From contig JBAXBA010000087.1 of NCBI GenBank assembly GCA_037142195.1, forward strand, positions 1 through 14,143: a DNA stretch of 14,143 nucleotides, in the 5' to 3' direction. The stretch's first letter is position 1. Every line of letters starts with the position of its first letter. The notes below the pieces were generated by a model, which saw nothing but the letters and a program-made list of their open reading frames with translations, made no database searches and had not been told where the DNA came from. Shown in pieces: positions 1 through 7,947 of this stretch. This stretch comes from Pseudomonadota bacterium. Its GTDB lineage: Bacteria; Bdellovibrionota_B; Oligoflexia; Oligoflexales; CAIMVM01. The position numbers and the translations under genes are program-made.

Positions 1-67
1 CTGAGAACATATCCGAGTTCGCAGGGGCGGGACACAATCTTTTACACACTACCGGCGTTGGCGAATC

Positions 68-1138
68 ATGAAAACATATGAAACCACTACGATGCAAGCG
101 AACTCGTTTGGAATAACCCAAGCCGTAAGTGCACTAAAAGAGGGTTACCCAGTTGCTTTGCCGACAGAGACGGTTTACGGATTAGGTGCAGACGCTTTTA
201 ATCTTGACGCCATTCAGGCGGTTTTCGCAGCCAAACAAAGACCGCAAAGCGACCCCCTGATCGTCCACGTTTCTTCATCTTCTGCAACGCTAGATAGCTT
301 AGCCTCGCAAGAAATCATCGATAGGGAGTCGATAACCGCAGTCATGGCTGAGGTATATGAAGATTTGATGCAAAAGTTCTGGCCAGGGCCATTGACTTTG
401 CTTTTTCCCAGGGGGAGAAAAATAGACGCCTCTGTGACATCAGGTCAGCCCTATGTCGCTGTGCGACAGCCGGATCATCCTGTTTTTCTTGAAATACTGG
501 AAAGATTGCAACGGCCTATTGTTGCACCTAGCGCGAATCTTTTTGGGCGCATCAGCCCAACAACTGCAGCTCATGTTTATAATCAACTCGAGGGTCGCAT
601 CCGTTTTATTGTCGATGGGGGCACTTGCTGCGTGGGTGTCGAATCCACAATTATCCGGGTAGAAGAGGATGGCAGCTTGACTTTGCTTAGGCCCGGTGGG
701 GTTTCCGTCGAGCGCATCTTTAGTTCCACAGGGTTGCCGGTCAAAAGCTTAGAGACGACGACCCAGGAAGAAGCCGCACCGCTGGCACCAGGGAGACTTT
801 CGAAACATTACGCTCCCAGCAAGCGGACGCTGATGGTAACAAGTGTCAAAGATTTGATGGACATTGATTTCCTCCTACAAGTGAGAGCAGGGATCTTGTC
901 GACGCGCCCTGGGAGCTCTCTCGCTTCCGATCTTATTGCCGCTTTTCCCGAAACAGCCTGGACTATTGAAAGTCTTCCACATGATAGGGAGGGGCAAGCA
1001 GCTGCTGCTAATATCTTTTCCGCATTGCATCGTCTCGACGCTCTGTCACTCGACCTCATATTGGTTGAGGCACCAGACCAATGTGATCATCTGTGGCGCG
1101 CCACCGTGGACCGATTGACACGCGCCGCATCTGACTGA
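68..1138 (+). CDS. sua5: L-threonylcarbamoyladenylate synthase, Sua5/TsaC2 type (YrdC domain plus C-terminal SUA5 domain)
   Basis: Motifs PTETVYGL, KQRP..DPLIVH, FWPGPLT, APSANLFGRISPT, GVESTI, LLRPG and linker APG...HYAP. The 356-aa length fits the two-domain form. The start could be ATG68 or ATG92. Confidence 0.96.
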   Translation: MKTYETTTMQANSFGITQAVSALKEGYPVALPTETVYGLGADAFNLDAIQAVFAAKQRPQSDPLIVHVSSSSATLDSLASQEIIDRESITAVMAEVYEDLMQKFWPGPLTLLFPRGRKIDASVTSGQPYVAVRQPDHPVFLEILERLQRPIVAPSANLFGRISPTTAAHVYNQLEGRIRFIVDGGTCCVGVESTIIRVEEDGSLTLLRPGGVSVERIFSSTGLPVKSLETTTQEEAAPLAPGRLSKHYAPSKRTLMVTSVKDLMDIDFLLQVRAGILSTRPGSSLASDLIAAFPETAWTIESLPHDREGQAAAANIFSALHRLDALSLDLILVEAPDQCDHLWRATVDRLTRAASD

Positions 1139-1145
1139 GTCCGCC

Positions 1146-1229
1146 CCTTTTCCATGTCAGGTAGGCACGCAGTGCCATCAATCCTCATTCGATAATAGCA
1201 ATTGCGAGGAGTTCCTGACGCCTTTTCAT
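1146..1229. repeat. Small inverted-repeat-bounded element with two internal hairpins, flanked by imperfect direct repeats
   Basis: GTCAGG (1156-1161) pairs with CCTGAC (1214-1219). Internal stems are GGCAC/GTGCC (1164-1176) and TCCTC/GAGGA (1182-1210). CCTTTTC(C)AT lies on both sides (1146-1155, 1221-1229). Confidence 0.3.
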
Positions 1230-1273
1230 CTTTGGTCTCTATTTAGGAAATATTCCAGAGTGATATGTGATGC

Positions 1274-1960
1274 TTACTCAATAGGGCAAGACCGACATTT
1301 GCACTTCCAAGACGATTGCAGGGATTGGGGCTTTATTCCCGCCGCTTTTCTTACTGTAATTTGGATTACTTTTAGCCATGAACTTAAAAAAGAACACACG
1401 TTTTTTGCTGGAGCTAAGTTTCCTGAGTGTAAAGATTTGAAAGAGACTCTTTTGTCGAGATGCAGACTTGCTTGGCTTGATTTGGCATTTGCGGAGGTTT
1501 CGAAGAACAATCTTTCAAGAGACTTATTCATGGTGATCTCGTTTCTACAGGATCTGACTATTTCCTTGACTGCATTTTCCATGCAGTTCATGATTTCTGA
1601 GATTCTTAATTCTTTACTTCCTTCTCGAAAGGAAAGATCGTAAATCCCGGTTTATTTTCCATAAACAAAATTAGACGCCCTGCGTCCTCATCGAAAACTA
1701 GGTAATTCCTAAAATCCTTCTCCTTTTCTGCTATAAACATGACTCGCTTAGGTGTCATCGAGTCAGGCCCTACGATTGGCTTAGAAGAGTGTAGCAAACG
1801 TCGCGCGGATTTTAGCCCCGTGGAATGTTTTTCGAGCGAAATGACACGGGCCGGATGATTCGCGGCTATTAGGGATTTATCCCAGAGAAATCTGTATGTT
1901 TCGCCCCATCTTTAGGCTACCAAAATCTTCAATCAACTTCTTTTGGCAATAGTGAATCAT
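1274..1960 (-). pseudogene. Possible frameshifted gene remnant downstream of the HEPN gene
   Basis: Three overlapping minus-strand open frames: ATG1960 (MIHYCQKKLIEDFGSL..), a stop-free frame 1911-1606 (RWGETYRFLWD...FRNYLVFDEDAGRLILFMENKPG..) and a stop-free frame 1651-1274 (..IYDLSFREGSKELRISEIMNCMENAVKEIV..). No family recognised. Confidence 0.3.
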
Positions 1961-1977
1961 GTTTCTTGCTACTACAC

Positions 1978-2427
1978 TTAGGGAGTCGACAAATGGGAAT
2001 CGCCATCAAAGTTGTTCAAGGTGGAAAGAAGCTTCTGGAAAATAGGCAAATAGTCTTTTTGAATGGTTCCCGAAAGTCTGTTGACAAATCCGGCGTCATA
2101 CCGATGAGTGGTTTGGTTTCTATCCTCAAGCATTTCTAGCCAGAGTGCTTGGTTCTCAATGAGACGCAAGCTGTAAGCTGCTTTTAGTGAGTCACGAGGT
2201 CCTGCGCAATCAACGCCTTTTAGCAAAGATGCCACGTTGAGTACTTTCCAAGCGGCCTCGAATGTGAATTCAAAACCCTGAATGAGGCCAGCAATTTCAA
2301 TAGGCCGTTTAGGCTTTTCAAGTGCATAGGCTACCAACTGCGTAAGAGCTTCGTTAAAGGTGTTTCTTTTGTTTTTGTATTTTTCAAGTAAGATATTTCT
2401 AGCATTTGACATATATAAACCGCCCAT
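1978..2427 (-). CDS. HEPN-domain ribonuclease toxin (HI0074 / nucleotidyltransferase substrate-binding family)
   Basis: HI0074-type helix GLIQGFEFTFEAAWK, then PRDSLKAA and WLEMLEDRNQTTHRYD, which contains RX4HXY (R103, H108, Y110; nt 2121-2098). It overlaps the 3' end of the MNT gene. The true start may be ATG2412. Confidence 0.92.
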   Translation of the reverse strand: MGGLYMSNARNILLEKYKNKRNTFNEALTQLVAYALEKPKRPIEIAGLIQGFEFTFEAAWKVLNVASLLKGVDCAGPRDSLKAAYSLRLIENQALWLEMLEDRNQTTHRYDAGFVNRLSGTIQKDYLPIFQKLLSTLNNFDGDSHLSTP

Positions 2428-3082
2428 TTTTATAAATAGAAGCTACAAAACGAGATTTGAGCTTGTGAGAAAGCGGGACGACCTGAATTTCACAAAGTGA
2501 TGGAGCCTCATTACGCAAGCAGTCTGCCAGTGCCAGCCAATCTCGTTTTTGCCCGACAGCATCGAAGCCGAAGTCGAAATCCGCCTCCTGGCGGTGGCTT
2601 CTTTGCCCTCTGGAACCAAACAAAATAATCGATCGAACATCAAGAAACGTCAGAGCATTTTCCTGCACAAATTTGACTATCAAAGTTTCTTCATGAGACA
2701 GATCACTAAGATCAGAAACCTTTGGAGACAATGTTTCGACATACGTTTTTTCAGAGTTGAAAATGAAATTGCGTATAAGAGAAAAGTCGACATGGCTTGA
2801 GACCGAAAAATGCACTCCATCATTTGACATTGTTCCAACGCACTCATTTAGACTTACATAAGTCAAAGAAATTCCCTTTGCAGGATATTCAGCGTGTCTT
2901 CCTTGCAAATCAAACTCAAATTCACTTTGAATAACACTTCCATTGGAAAAGCGTTTTTCCTCTGAAAATCGGATGCGATTATCAACTACGTCAGCAACTC
3001 TTGCGCTCACATCATATTCATCGAGAGGAAGGGGATTTCCGTCGCGGTCGAACACGAAGGCCTTTCCTTCATACTGCAACAT
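2399..3082 (-). CDS. Minimal nucleotidyltransferase (MNT) antitoxin with an unrecognised N-terminal fused domain
   Basis: IILFGSRGQRSHRQEADFD is an exact GSX10DXD (G156-D170), and the C-terminus ends in the typical F..SI.KNG..IY. An AAGGA Shine-Dalgarno lies 8 nt before ATG3082. It sits directly upstream of, and overlaps, the HEPN gene. Confidence 0.88.
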   Translation of the reverse strand: MLQYEGKAFVFDRDGNPLPLDEYDVSARVADVVDNRIRFSEEKRFSNGSVIQSEFEFDLQGRHAEYPAKGISLTYVSLNECVGTMSNDGVHFSVSSHVDFSLIRNFIFNSEKTYVETLSPKVSDLSDLSHEETLIVKFVQENALTFLDVRSIILFGSRGQRSHRQEADFDFGFDAVGQKRDWLALADCLRNEAPSLCEIQVVPLSHKLKSRFVASIYKNGRFIYVKC

Positions 3083-3107
3083 CTAATAGGTCCTTCTTGT
3101 GTGGCTT

Positions 3108-3217
3108 CAAACAATTGATATCCTTGATTCTAGCCTACGGGGCTGCACTGCGGCAAGCCTGGATCGGTTTGGAAATAAACCAAAATGTATGCTCACCTTA
3201 AGTAATTGATATCATTG
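3108..3217 (-). promoter_or_regulatory. Pair of repeated sites upstream of the MNT-HEPN operon, each matching the IHF consensus
   Basis: AATTGATATC[C/A]TTG occurs at 3113-3126 and 3204-3217 (13/14 identical, 91 nt apart). On the minus strand, TATCAATTGTTTG (3108-3120) and TATCAATTACTTA (3199-3211) both fit WATCAANNNNTTR. Confidence 0.45.
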
Positions 3218-4170
3218 CGTTGTAAGCTATGGCACCAAAATTTGCCCAAGTTCGATCCAAAATAGCAGATTTCTTTTAATTCCACAACTCGCGGTGCAAC
3301 ATAGACGCCCGAAGAGCATCGCAAACGCCACTATTCGTCACCGACTTATTGGTGTCGGTAAAACGTGATCAGTGGAAAAGCGTGTTGCAAATTGTTAAGA
3401 ACAAGCTACTGCGGCATTCTTCAGCCTCAAAACGCAAAGATATGCTTCAATTAAAGCACGTTGCTTCAAATTCAAACAGAGTCGTGTTCAAGTGGAATAT
3501 GTCAAAAAAAACAGTGATTTTGCTGTTATGTGAAAAGGTAAGAAGAAAATAAACTCCTATCTATGTCTCAAACCAGAGACGGAAACATATCAAATTTTAG
3601 ATAACTTGTGCTAATGGTTTCGGGATGTCACTGATCTACTTCTGTTGGACACCCTGTTATTCGGGGTCGTAGGCGCAACTGCGTTTCAAGTTGCTTATTC
3701 GTGCTCTGAGAAGGCGCTCCCGCCTCACACTACCAATCGCGCAGCTACTCAAGGTGGAGTTACAAGGAAAAAAAGGGGTCGGGAGCAAAACATAGAGGTC
3801 CAAACATTTTTGAAGTGAACTGGAATGATTCGAATTCAAAACTCTTTTTTATGCGTAGGTTCCTACAGCATATTCTCTCCCAGTTCTAAAGCATGCGCGG
3901 ATTCTCCCAATTTGTTTTCTTGCTATGAGAACGATCGCCCGTATTTTACCGCGAGATTTCGCTATCCAACTGGGGCAAACAGGCACACTTTTTGGCCCAA
4001 CTTTTCTCGTATTGTTCTAAGCATCGGTATGACCTAGTGCTGTAATCGTTAAATCGAAGCTATTATAAATACTTGGTTATAGATAGGTAAACGCTAACGA
4101 AGGCGAAGGAGTGTGACGCCCTGATTGACGACGAAACCAATCATCTGATTCTGCCTTGTTTGAGATTGGT

Positions 4171-5178
4171 CTACTTATGCGAAGAGTTTTTTGTGAGCCT
4201 TTTTAGGTGCGTGGAAAAATAAGATTGTAAAGGACCAGACTGACCGAGCGAAAAAACTTGGAGTATTGTCTTTGAATCGCCAGCATAGGCTGCGCCCAAG
4301 CCCCCGTAGGCTGAACTTTCATCGGGAGAAGACAAGTTCTCATTTTTATCATCTGATGGTTTTCCAATTGGCACTGCAGTTCCCATCAAATCATCCCAAA
4401 TGCTGAATACTCCGACTGAGAAATTGTAGCGACTACCCCCAATGCTGTCGTCGTGATGTTTCCCATGGAAAGACCCAACCGCAATTCTGAGCTTTTTGCT
4501 AAAAAGTGAATGGAACTGTGCATGTTGAAATGGAGTCAAGACTGCATTCAGTGATAATTGGGCAAGAAATCCCATTAAGATGGCGCATGCGAGCGAATTA
4601 TTCCATTTTTCAAGGAAAGCAAGAAAGACTGTTGTCGGAGCAAGCGCTAAAAATACAGCAACCCCATTGTGCCGCACTGCTGAGAATTGCATTCTATCCA
4701 TGCTGTGATGTGTCATGTGGCAAAAAAACGATAAATCGCCAACAATCCCCCGCACTTTGTGAAACATAAAATGTAGGAGCCAAGAAAGATAATCAGCAAA
4801 CAAAAAAGAGGAGATCGCGATAGAAAGCCAAAGACTTGATTGCCCTGCTAACTGCTCTCTGAAAATCGCAGATCTTTGGTCAATTACCAGATCATTGAGG
4901 ACAAAGCGCATAGTAAAAAAACCAACCAAAGCGTAAGTCCCATAATGCAGGATAAAAAGGTAAATATCTCTCCAAAGAACATTACGGAGTAAGATGATCT
5001 CAGTCACGAGAATGAGCATAGAAATCAGCCCTGGCAGAAGGCCGAGGTGAGAGAACTTAACGGAATGGCCGCCCTGAAAGTAGGCAAATGTTAGAAGGAT
5101 CTGACAAACAAAAGAGATGCCAAAGGCCTTATTATAAACGAATGAAAGCTTTTTTTCAGGAGTGGGAAGAGATGGCAT
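4171..5178 (-). CDS. Fatty acid hydroxylase / sterol desaturase family membrane di-iron enzyme
   Basis: His boxes HFMFH, HMTHH, QH and HGKHH, the family tail YNFSVGVFSIWDDLMGT, and several hydrophobic transmembrane segments. Confidence 0.9.
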   Translation of the reverse strand: MPSLPTPEKKLSFVYNKAFGISFVCQILLTFAYFQGGHSVKFSHLGLLPGLISMLILVTEIILLRNVLWRDIYLFILHYGTYALVGFFTMRFVLNDLVIDQRSAIFREQLAGQSSLWLSIAISSFLFADYLSWLLHFMFHKVRGIVGDLSFFCHMTHHSMDRMQFSAVRHNGVAVFLALAPTTVFLAFLEKWNNSLACAILMGFLAQLSLNAVLTPFQHAQFHSLFSKKLRIAVGSFHGKHHDDSIGGSRYNFSVGVFSIWDDLMGTAVPIGKPSDDKNENLSSPDESSAYGGLGAAYAGDSKTILQVFSLGQSGPLQSYFSTHLKRLTKNSSHK

Positions 5179-5353
5179 GTCTTTTTATCTTTCCATTCTA
5201 GTGTATAGACATCCTACCATGCCTTGCTTGCATCGAATATAGATACCAGAAAATTTCAGATCATGCTGAGTTGTTTTTGCCCAAGCTGCATTTCGTTACA
5301 GGGGGCTCAGCTTTAGAAAGAGAGCTCATTAGAATACAAAATGGTGATTTTCA

Positions 5354-6763
5354 CTAAAGTACGGAAAAACTTTCTTCCAGTAATTTTGTTAATTCCCGTG
5401 TTGTCTTTTGATTTACTGATTCTTCAGAAATTTCTGGAAAGATACTTATTCTAACAGTTCCAGAATGGGGGAGCCATTTGCCTTTTGGCCAGAGCCCAGA
5501 CCCTCCTTCAGAAGTAATAGGCACTATCGGTAAGCGGCTAGATTTCGCTAAAACCGCTAACCCTGATTTTAAGGTACCAATAGTGCCATCAGGCCTTCTA
5601 GTTCCTTGGGGATGTATAAAAAAAATGTCTGTTGACTTTGATCTCATACCAACATTTTCCATAAGCTTTAGAGAACTAATGGCAGAATCTCTCTCCACAA
5701 ACAAATAGCCCAGACGTGCTAACAAAAAACCAAAAATCGGAGTGTGACGCAATTCTTTTTTGGCAAAATATAGCGTTCTAGGCGGTAAAATACTCGGATA
5801 AATAAAGGTGTCTAGCAACGATGTGTGTTGAGCAGCTACTATATATCCGCTCAGATTCTTAGGTAAGGATCCTTCTAGTTTCAGTGTGCACCCAAGGGTT
5901 TTAAGCAAAAAACGCGACCAAGTTCTTAAAAAAACATGAGCAGTATTTATTGAAAATGTTGCTGCGAGCAAAATAGACATACAAGCTGCCAGCAGTAAGA
6001 TACCAAAACTGAGACCCTTCATAGACTTAATCAAGGACATCTTAGCAAAATTTTTAAGCTTTAAAGCCTGATCTCCTATACATTGCCCCATAAACTTAAA
6101 ATGGAAAGGAAATACCAAAACTAATTCTGATCCTTGCGGAACAAGCTTGTTCCACGATCTATAAAATTGTGAATGGGTCTGGTTGAGTGATATCTGTGGT
6201 TTTATGCCATGCTCGTGGGCTGAATTCAAACAAAGTCCTGTCTTAGGATCTAAGCCATTTATCTCAGAATAGTTGATCAAATCTAAATAAACGTTTTTTG
6301 CCCATTCAGATAGCGGTTTCTCCGAAAGAAAGTTAGGCTCAAATTGCTTGCTGCGAGTAAAGGCTTTGGCCGCAATAGGGTTGCATATCCGGGCATAGCA
6401 AACGATTTCTTTTTTCGGTCGTTTTGACAATCGAAATAGGTGACTCACAAAATCAGGTAAGACGAATTTCATGATCGCTTTCCATCCCATGCGAAGCAAA
6501 ATTCTGTTGCAGCGATATTCCTCCAGGACTCCGTTCATTCGTAAGCCCCAGAGAACTCGAAAAGGCGTTTCATGGCGAGACAAAAACATAAAACCAATCG
6601 TTTTATCTAAATCAAATGCTACGATGATATTGTGGTAGTTCCTAAACCTAAGATGTATTTCGGAGCTTGGCATTCCCGGATAGCAGAATGCGCAAATATC
6701 GACTATTTTTTTCTCCAGATCTAGGGGGAAAGGCTTGCTATAAATTCTTAGGTCTATGGTCAT
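5354..6763 (-). CDS. Fusion of an N-terminal GNAT-like domain, a transmembrane segment and a C-terminal PlsC-family (lysophospholipid) acyltransferase
   Basis: The C-terminal domain has HTSLLD (HX4D, H313/D318), FAKKEL, GYLFVER, IHPQGTR and PIVP. The N-terminal domain has GNAT-like IIVAFDLDKTIGFMF and GVLEEYRCNRIL. Its start overlaps the upstream stop by 4 nt (6760-6763). The PlsC part is secure; the GNAT part is less so. Confidence 0.85.
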   Translation of the reverse strand: MTIDLRIYSKPFPLDLEKKIVDICAFCYPGMPSSEIHLRFRNYHNIIVAFDLDKTIGFMFLSRHETPFRVLWGLRMNGVLEEYRCNRILLRMGWKAIMKFVLPDFVSHLFRLSKRPKKEIVCYARICNPIAAKAFTRSKQFEPNFLSEKPLSEWAKNVYLDLINYSEINGLDPKTGLCLNSAHEHGIKPQISLNQTHSQFYRSWNKLVPQGSELVLVFPFHFKFMGQCIGDQALKLKNFAKMSLIKSMKGLSFGILLLAACMSILLAATFSINTAHVFLRTWSRFLLKTLGCTLKLEGSLPKNLSGYIVAAQHTSLLDTFIYPSILPPRTLYFAKKELRHTPIFGFLLARLGYLFVERDSAISSLKLMENVGMRSKSTDIFFIHPQGTRRPDGTIGTLKSGLAVLAKSSRLPIVPITSEGGSGLWPKGKWLPHSGTVRISIFPEISEESVNQKTTRELTKLLEESFSVL

Positions 6764-7947
6764 AGATTGGGCATACCGGAAAGATATTTAAGGCCCTTAT
6801 ATACGGCTGTGTTTCTTGCCTGATCCAAGACGGCAATTCTCAAGTATCGATCGCAATCCTCATTTTTTAAACCTTGTTCGCTAATGTTTCTGATAAATAT
6901 AGATAGCTCTCCGAGGGCAATTCTTATTTTCTCGGCACTGTGCTGCTCCTTTACTTTTATCAACACCGAATTTATTGTAGAAGGAAGAACTCGCTCTAAA
7001 AAATGGATTTCCAGCAGCATTTTGCTTAATTCTTGTCGTAATTTATGGGTCTCGTCTACTTTTTCAAAGTAGTAAGGAACTTGCTTTAGGGACTTTGAAA
7101 GCGCGCCAATGGCAAAATTACTCAATTGATAGGTTGGAAAAGTCTCCTCTAATCTGCTTGCCAAATCTGAGTGAGAAATCGCGCAGCCAACTCTAACGCC
7201 GCTTAAAGCAAAAAACTTGGAAAAGGATTCTATAACGATAAGATTCTTTCTTGAAAGCGCCATCTTAGCTACGGAGTGCTTCCTCCCTACAAATTGAATA
7301 TAAGTCTCGTCAACGAGCAACGGACATGACTCTGGCAATTCCATGACAAGAGCCGTCATTTCATCAATGGGGAGGTACTGCCCAGTGGGATTGCAGGGAT
7401 TGACCAGACATAGGGCTTTTAAGGATTTACAGCGAACCTCGTCTAAAATTTCCCTGGCGCTAAATGCAAGCTGATCGGAGTCGGAATAGATCCGTGATAT
7501 CTCTAACCCACAAAGTTTGGAAGCTACATGGGCATATTCACCGTAGCAAGGCGAAACGATGCCTATTTTCCTATTCTCTCTGCTTTCAGAAGTTTGGAGA
7601 TGTGTAGAACTATTGGCCCCTGGAAACAGGGAGGTCATGATTCTAAAAATGAGGTCTGAGGATCCTGAACCTAAGAGAAGATTTGAGGAGGGTATATCTA
7701 GGTAATTTGCAACTTCTGCACGTAGGGCATCCATGCGGCACGGTGGGGAAGTGCCCACAAGCCAATTCATGTTTTCAATCAGAAACTGACTAACTGAAGA
7801 ATGGGGGGGGTACCAGGCGTCTAAAACATCTGCTGGAACACAATCGTTCCTCTTCTCAGGAAAATCAAATGTGTCGCCAATAGCCTCATGCATGCGGCCG
7901 CCATGCTTGCAATATATTTCATCTTTCAACGCTCGAACCTCATGCAA
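6760..7947 (-). CDS. PLP-dependent class I/II aminotransferase-fold enzyme (HisC/CobD-like aminotransferase or decarboxylase)
   Basis: N-terminal HGG, GSGSSDLI, PCYGEY, NPCNPTG, VDETY, SFSKFFALSGVRVG (PLP lysine K244) and YLRIAV. The likely start is TTG7929, which has GAGGT 7 nt upstream and gives MKDEIYCKHGG. Confidence 0.92.
   Translation of the reverse strand: MHEVRALKDEIYCKHGGRMHEAIGDTFDFPEKRNDCVPADVLDAWYPPHSSVSQFLIENMNWLVGTSPPCRMDALRAEVANYLDIPSSNLLLGSGSSDLIFRIMTSLFPGANSSTHLQTSESRENRKIGIVSPCYGEYAHVASKLCGLEISRIYSDSDQLAFSAREILDEVRCKSLKALCLVNPCNPTGQYLPIDEMTALVMELPESCPLLVDETYIQFVGRKHSVAKMALSRKNLIVIESFSKFFALSGVRVGCAISHSDLASRLEETFPTYQLSNFAIGALSKSLKQVPYYFEKVDETHKLRQELSKMLLEIHFLERVLPSTINSVLIKVKEQHSAEKIRIALGELSIFIRNISEQGLKNEDCDRYLRIAVLDQARNTAVYKGLKYLSGMPNL

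Noticed and set aside
1260..1643. 127-aa plus-strand ORF
   Set aside because: GTG start, no recognisable motif, and it mirrors the minus-strand open frame. It cannot be supported, though it is not excluded.
68..2427. Functional link between Sua5 (tRNA modification) and a potentially tRNA-cleaving HEPN toxin
   Set aside because: The genes are convergent and about 840 nt apart, with only adjacency as support.
3230..3245. TGGCAC...TTGC sigma54-like promoter next to an IHF-like site
   Set aside because: GG-to-GC spacing is 11 nt rather than the strict 10, and no credible plus-strand gene follows.
3632..3653. TGATCTAC...TTGGACACC resembling an IS3-family end
   Set aside because: No partner repeat and no transposase-like translation noticed nearby.
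3001..4037. Short ORFs of 60-70 aa in the long intergenic region
   Set aside because: Mostly weak starts, no clear SD and no family motifs.
6760..7947. Serine palmitoyltransferase / sphingolipid interpretation of the lipid cluster
   Set aside because: The motifs (HGG, NPxNPTG, DETY, SFSKxxxLxGxRxG) are HisC/CobD type, not the alpha-oxoamine synthase type (DEAH, GTxSK).
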